DNA of 63,774 nt, the filler included, from Dugesia japonica (Eukaryota), in assembly GCA_001938525.1 (NCBI GenBank). It is 5 parts of 5 records of this genome, joined end to end, with 100 filler letters (N's around TTAATTAATTAA, not from the genome) between each part and the next. Parts side by side here need not be neighbours in the genome. Positions count along the whole stretch, not along the records: positions 49,059 to 63,774 come from MQRL01648040.1; 4 more parts are not named here. One strand, written 5' to 3'. The notes under the pieces were generated by a model, which was given only the letters and a program-made list of their open reading frames with translations, was not told the DNA's origin and did no database searches. Within the stretch, counting starts at the first letter, position 1, and each line of letters opens with the position of its first letter. Shown one piece after another: positions 60,601 through 63,774 of the stretch. The translations under genes and the position numbers were made by a program.

Positions 60601-63020
60601 GTGTGTAAACAGCATTTCAAATCAAAACTCTGTTTCCATAAAGGTGTACCGAAATACACTATGTTACGCGGGAGAACAACGTAGAAAAGGTACGGGAGAC
60701 AGGAGACGAAACATCGAGAGTTACGAAATGAACATAGCCACAGTGTTGGACATGCCAGAGTTACGGGCTCACAAAAAGAGAGTGTTACAAAAATTCACAA
60801 GTGGAATGCTGGACTTACGACAAGAAAGGGCATTTAAGTAGAAATTATCCAGACAAGAAGTCACCAAATTTTTTGGGTGTTTTAAGATTGGTTACATNAG
60901 AAGGATGTGCACAGAAATTATATGCGGTAGATGTAAAAGACCAGGTCACAGAGCGGAAGAATGTTATTCGAAAATTAACAAACCAAGACTAGAAGAGTGA
61001 AGATACAATTTTAAAAGCGGACAACAAACAAAAGATTGGAGTCGAAGCAAAAGAATCCATGCCATTCAAGAAAAGGACGATGATGAGAGTGAAGATATAT
61101 TTTCAGGGAACATAGTGGAAGATCCGAGAAGAGAATACCCAAAAGGCAGGGTTCCATCAGTAGAGGAGTTGATCGGAGCCATTAATTAAACAAGATACTG
61201 TTTGATTATCCTCAGGAGGCCGAGAAATGAAATGAGATTAGTAAAGTGGGAAAAAATGTTTACAGATTCCGGAAAATGTAAAGTTGCAATGAGACGGAAG
61301 TTAACAAAGCCGAAATGAGAGGAACAATTGAAGAGAAACAGAACGGTATAATAGATCAATGCAGTAAGTATATAGGCTTGATAGCATTGCAAGACAAGAT
61401 GAAAATACCATACGGAAAGCAATAATGGAGAAGTGGATATTAATGTTTCGATGTCCGAGGGAAATTACAGTTGATTGTGGAAGAGCATTTTAGTCTAAAT
61501 CAATGAAAGATTTTGCAGCTGAACATGGAATTACCCTCAGGTTTTCGAGTTCATATCATCATAACACAAATGGACAAATCCAGAGGCAGTTTAGAACTAT
61601 GTGAGATAGGATAAATGATACACTTAAAGAAAGGAAAACCTCAGATTGGGCTGATGTATTGCCGGAGATAGAATTTACCTTGAATACTACAAAACAGAAG
61701 ACCATCGGTTAAAGCCCTGATGAAATCGTATTTGGAAAGAGAATAAGCAGAGAAAAATGGTACGAAACATATTCCCAAAGAGAGCACGAAGAACAAGACA
61801 GAGATATTAACCAAAAGACAATTCAAGGTTGTTGATGAGATCTTAGTGAAAGTCAAAAGAATAAACAAGAACCAATATCGTTTTGAAGGACCCTATATTA
61901 TCAAAGGAAAGATTCACGACAGACGTTACATCCTGGAAGATAAAAACGGAAAAAGTCTCGAAAGAAACGTAGAGAAGATAAAAAAAATTCTGAAAAAGGG
62001 GGATGTCAGTATGTTTTGAAAGCAAGTTGAAATTTTTGTGTGGTTGGAAATCATTTTTCTTAAAAATCTTTTTATTTAAAATATTTAAATTTTAAATGAA
62101 AGTTTAACAACAGATGATTATTTTGTTTTAAATTTCGGAGAAATTTTAAACGAAGATTTAATAACAAATGATTGTTTTGTTTTAAATTTTAAACAAAGAA
62201 ATCTTCGTAACGAATGATTATTTTGTTTAAAGTTTTGAATGAATAACAAATGATAATTTTGTTTGAAAATTTAAAAATATTTTACACGAAGATTTAATAA
62301 TAAAATAAAAATTTTATCTAAAATTTTAATATTTGAAAAAATGATCTCCAATTAAAACATAGAAGTTTAATTTGTTTGAATAAACAAATAGTGTTGGATA
62401 TAGTTTTGTTTTGTTAGTAAATCTTTTATGGAAACGAGTTTTGACATTAATTATCCGATGAGTACTGAAAACTCATCTTACAAATATGATAATATACATT
62501 TGAAAAAAAATTTCAATGATGTCAATCTGGAAAAAAATATTGATTAATAATATTAATTATTAATAATATTAAATCTTATTATTTTCCATAAAATTTTAAT
62601 ATAAGCATATAATACTTTAAGATAAATTAACTTACTCATTTGAATTATTTGGATTTTCTGAAAGTGTTTCAATTGGAAAAAATGAACCAAAATTTTGATG
62701 TGAGATATTTTTATTTAAATTAATTGATGTCTGAGATTCTACTATTTCACCTTCAGAAATCTGCTTTATATAATCAACGGTTGGTTTATTAGTAAGAGAT
62801 TTAAAATCTTGATTAATATTTCTGCAGTCTGTCAATGAAATTCTCTTGATAGAATTATGTTTTGAATGACTTAAATATTCATCATCTAAAATGTTATTCA
62901 GATTTGTATAACCAAATGCTGTGTCTATGCAACTATCACTTTGCCGAGTTTGTGGCAAATTATTTGAGCATGTTAATTTATTGTGGGGCATTGTCAATTT
63001 ATTTATCTTTTTATTGACTT
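57683..63020 (-). CDS. Unidentified spliced gene, 3' exons (Ser/Asp/Asn-rich)
   Basis: Exons 63020-62636 and 58057-57778 join in phase 2 (GA|T = Asp). A 53-nt intron then leads to 57724-57683 (SYEFSGSSKKDLL*). Confidence 0.65.
58926..59837 (+). mobile_element. Internally deleted mariner (mauritiana-like) with both TIRs and captured filler DNA
   Basis: TIRs TTAGGTATAGCTGTTAATTCTGCGGA / TCCAGAGAATTAACGGCTAGACCTAA, with HDNARPH and YSPDMAPFDYFL motifs. Confidence 0.9.
60240..62481 (+). mobile_element. Ty3/Gypsy LTR retrotransposon relic (gag, integrase, 3' LTR; no RT visible)
   Basis: PBS-like TGGCGC at 60240, two decayed Zn knuckles (HSVGHARV; ECWT..KKGHLSRN.P) and integrase SS.YHHNTNGQ..RQFRT, W.DVLP.IEF.LN and RFEGPY. 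The PPT AAAAGGGGGA is followed by TG (62004)...CA (about 62481), with internal tandem repeats. Confidence 0.85.
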
Positions 63021-63211
63021 CTAAAAATAATTTAAATTAAAACATAATTTTCAATATTCAAAATTATTTTAATATTTCTGTATTTTCTACATTCATTTAT
63101 ACAAGAAATATAAAAATTAATTGAGTGCATAAAATTAGATATCTCGTTTTTACTTGTTAAACTTGATAAAAATGAATTGACAACAAATATTATGTCTGTA
63201 ATCACTTAGTG

Positions 63212-63535
63212 CAGTGGTTCCTAAACTATGCGCCACGGCACACTGAAGAGCCGTAGCTGTGTTACAAGGGAGCAGCAAGATTTTACCAATATTAGACATT
63301 TTCTATAAAAGTAGCAAATATAAATGACGAATAAAATCCATTGACTTATGTTCACAATATGTTGTAACACCAAACTATAAACTACATAATTTTTTAATAA
63401 TATAGCAGTAATAATATGATATAAGCAATCCATAAATTAAAAACTTGCATAATAATAGACCATATATTTTGATTTGGTGCGCCGTGGAAAAATTTATATA
63501 TACTATGGATGCTGCAAACCAAAAATGTTTGGGAA
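63212..63535. mobile_element. hAT-Charlie-like MITE
   Basis: Start CAGTGGTTCCTAAACT, and a decayed right end AAAATGTTTGGGAA. Confidence 0.65.
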
Positions 63536-63774
63536 TTTGTAATATATACACGTAGTATATGTTTATGTACCCAGATAATCACAATTGAAAACGTGAAATT
63601 AAACATTTATAATATATCATCTTAATACTAATAAAAACATTATTATAAACATACATAGGAAGAAAGAATTAATGAAAAGAAAGTATGTAAATATCAAAAG
63701 AAACACATTGAAAAGTACAAATAAAAATATGTTCTGTAATATTTCTTTCTTCATTGTTATGCTATTGTATCTAA

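Overview
This is very AT-rich animal DNA with 47-60 nt minimal introns, many (ATT)n tracts and many N gaps. Tandem TRAFs with a CGCR-type RING, the intron sizes and the mariner load fit a planarian flatworm, but this is inference only. The window is not one locus: four identical 100-nt linkers (44 N + TTAATTAATTAA + 44 N) join five scaffolds. Scaffold A (1-8268) has two tandem minus-strand TRAF genes, MITEs and Penelope remnants. Scaffold B (8369-17588) has an intronless CFAP96/C4orf47 with an inverted partial self-copy just upstream, an intronless casein kinase 1 and exon 1 of a PRL/PTP4A phosphatase. Scaffold C (17689-33541) has six spliced exons of a Par-3-like PDZ gene, with mariners in and around them and a 5S-rRNA-headed SINE-like element upstream of the first confident exon. 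Scaffold D (33642-48958) is a nest of decayed Maverick/Polinton (adintovirus-like) endogenous viruses: packaging ATPase, integrase, minor and major capsid, core-like ORFs and motif-rich termini, plus a large fold-back repeat. Scaffold E (49059-63774) has a Penelope RT/GIY-YIG relic with hammerhead-like motifs, several mariners, an internally deleted Gypsy and exons of an unidentified gene. All family assignments are by eye from motif recognition; no searches were run.
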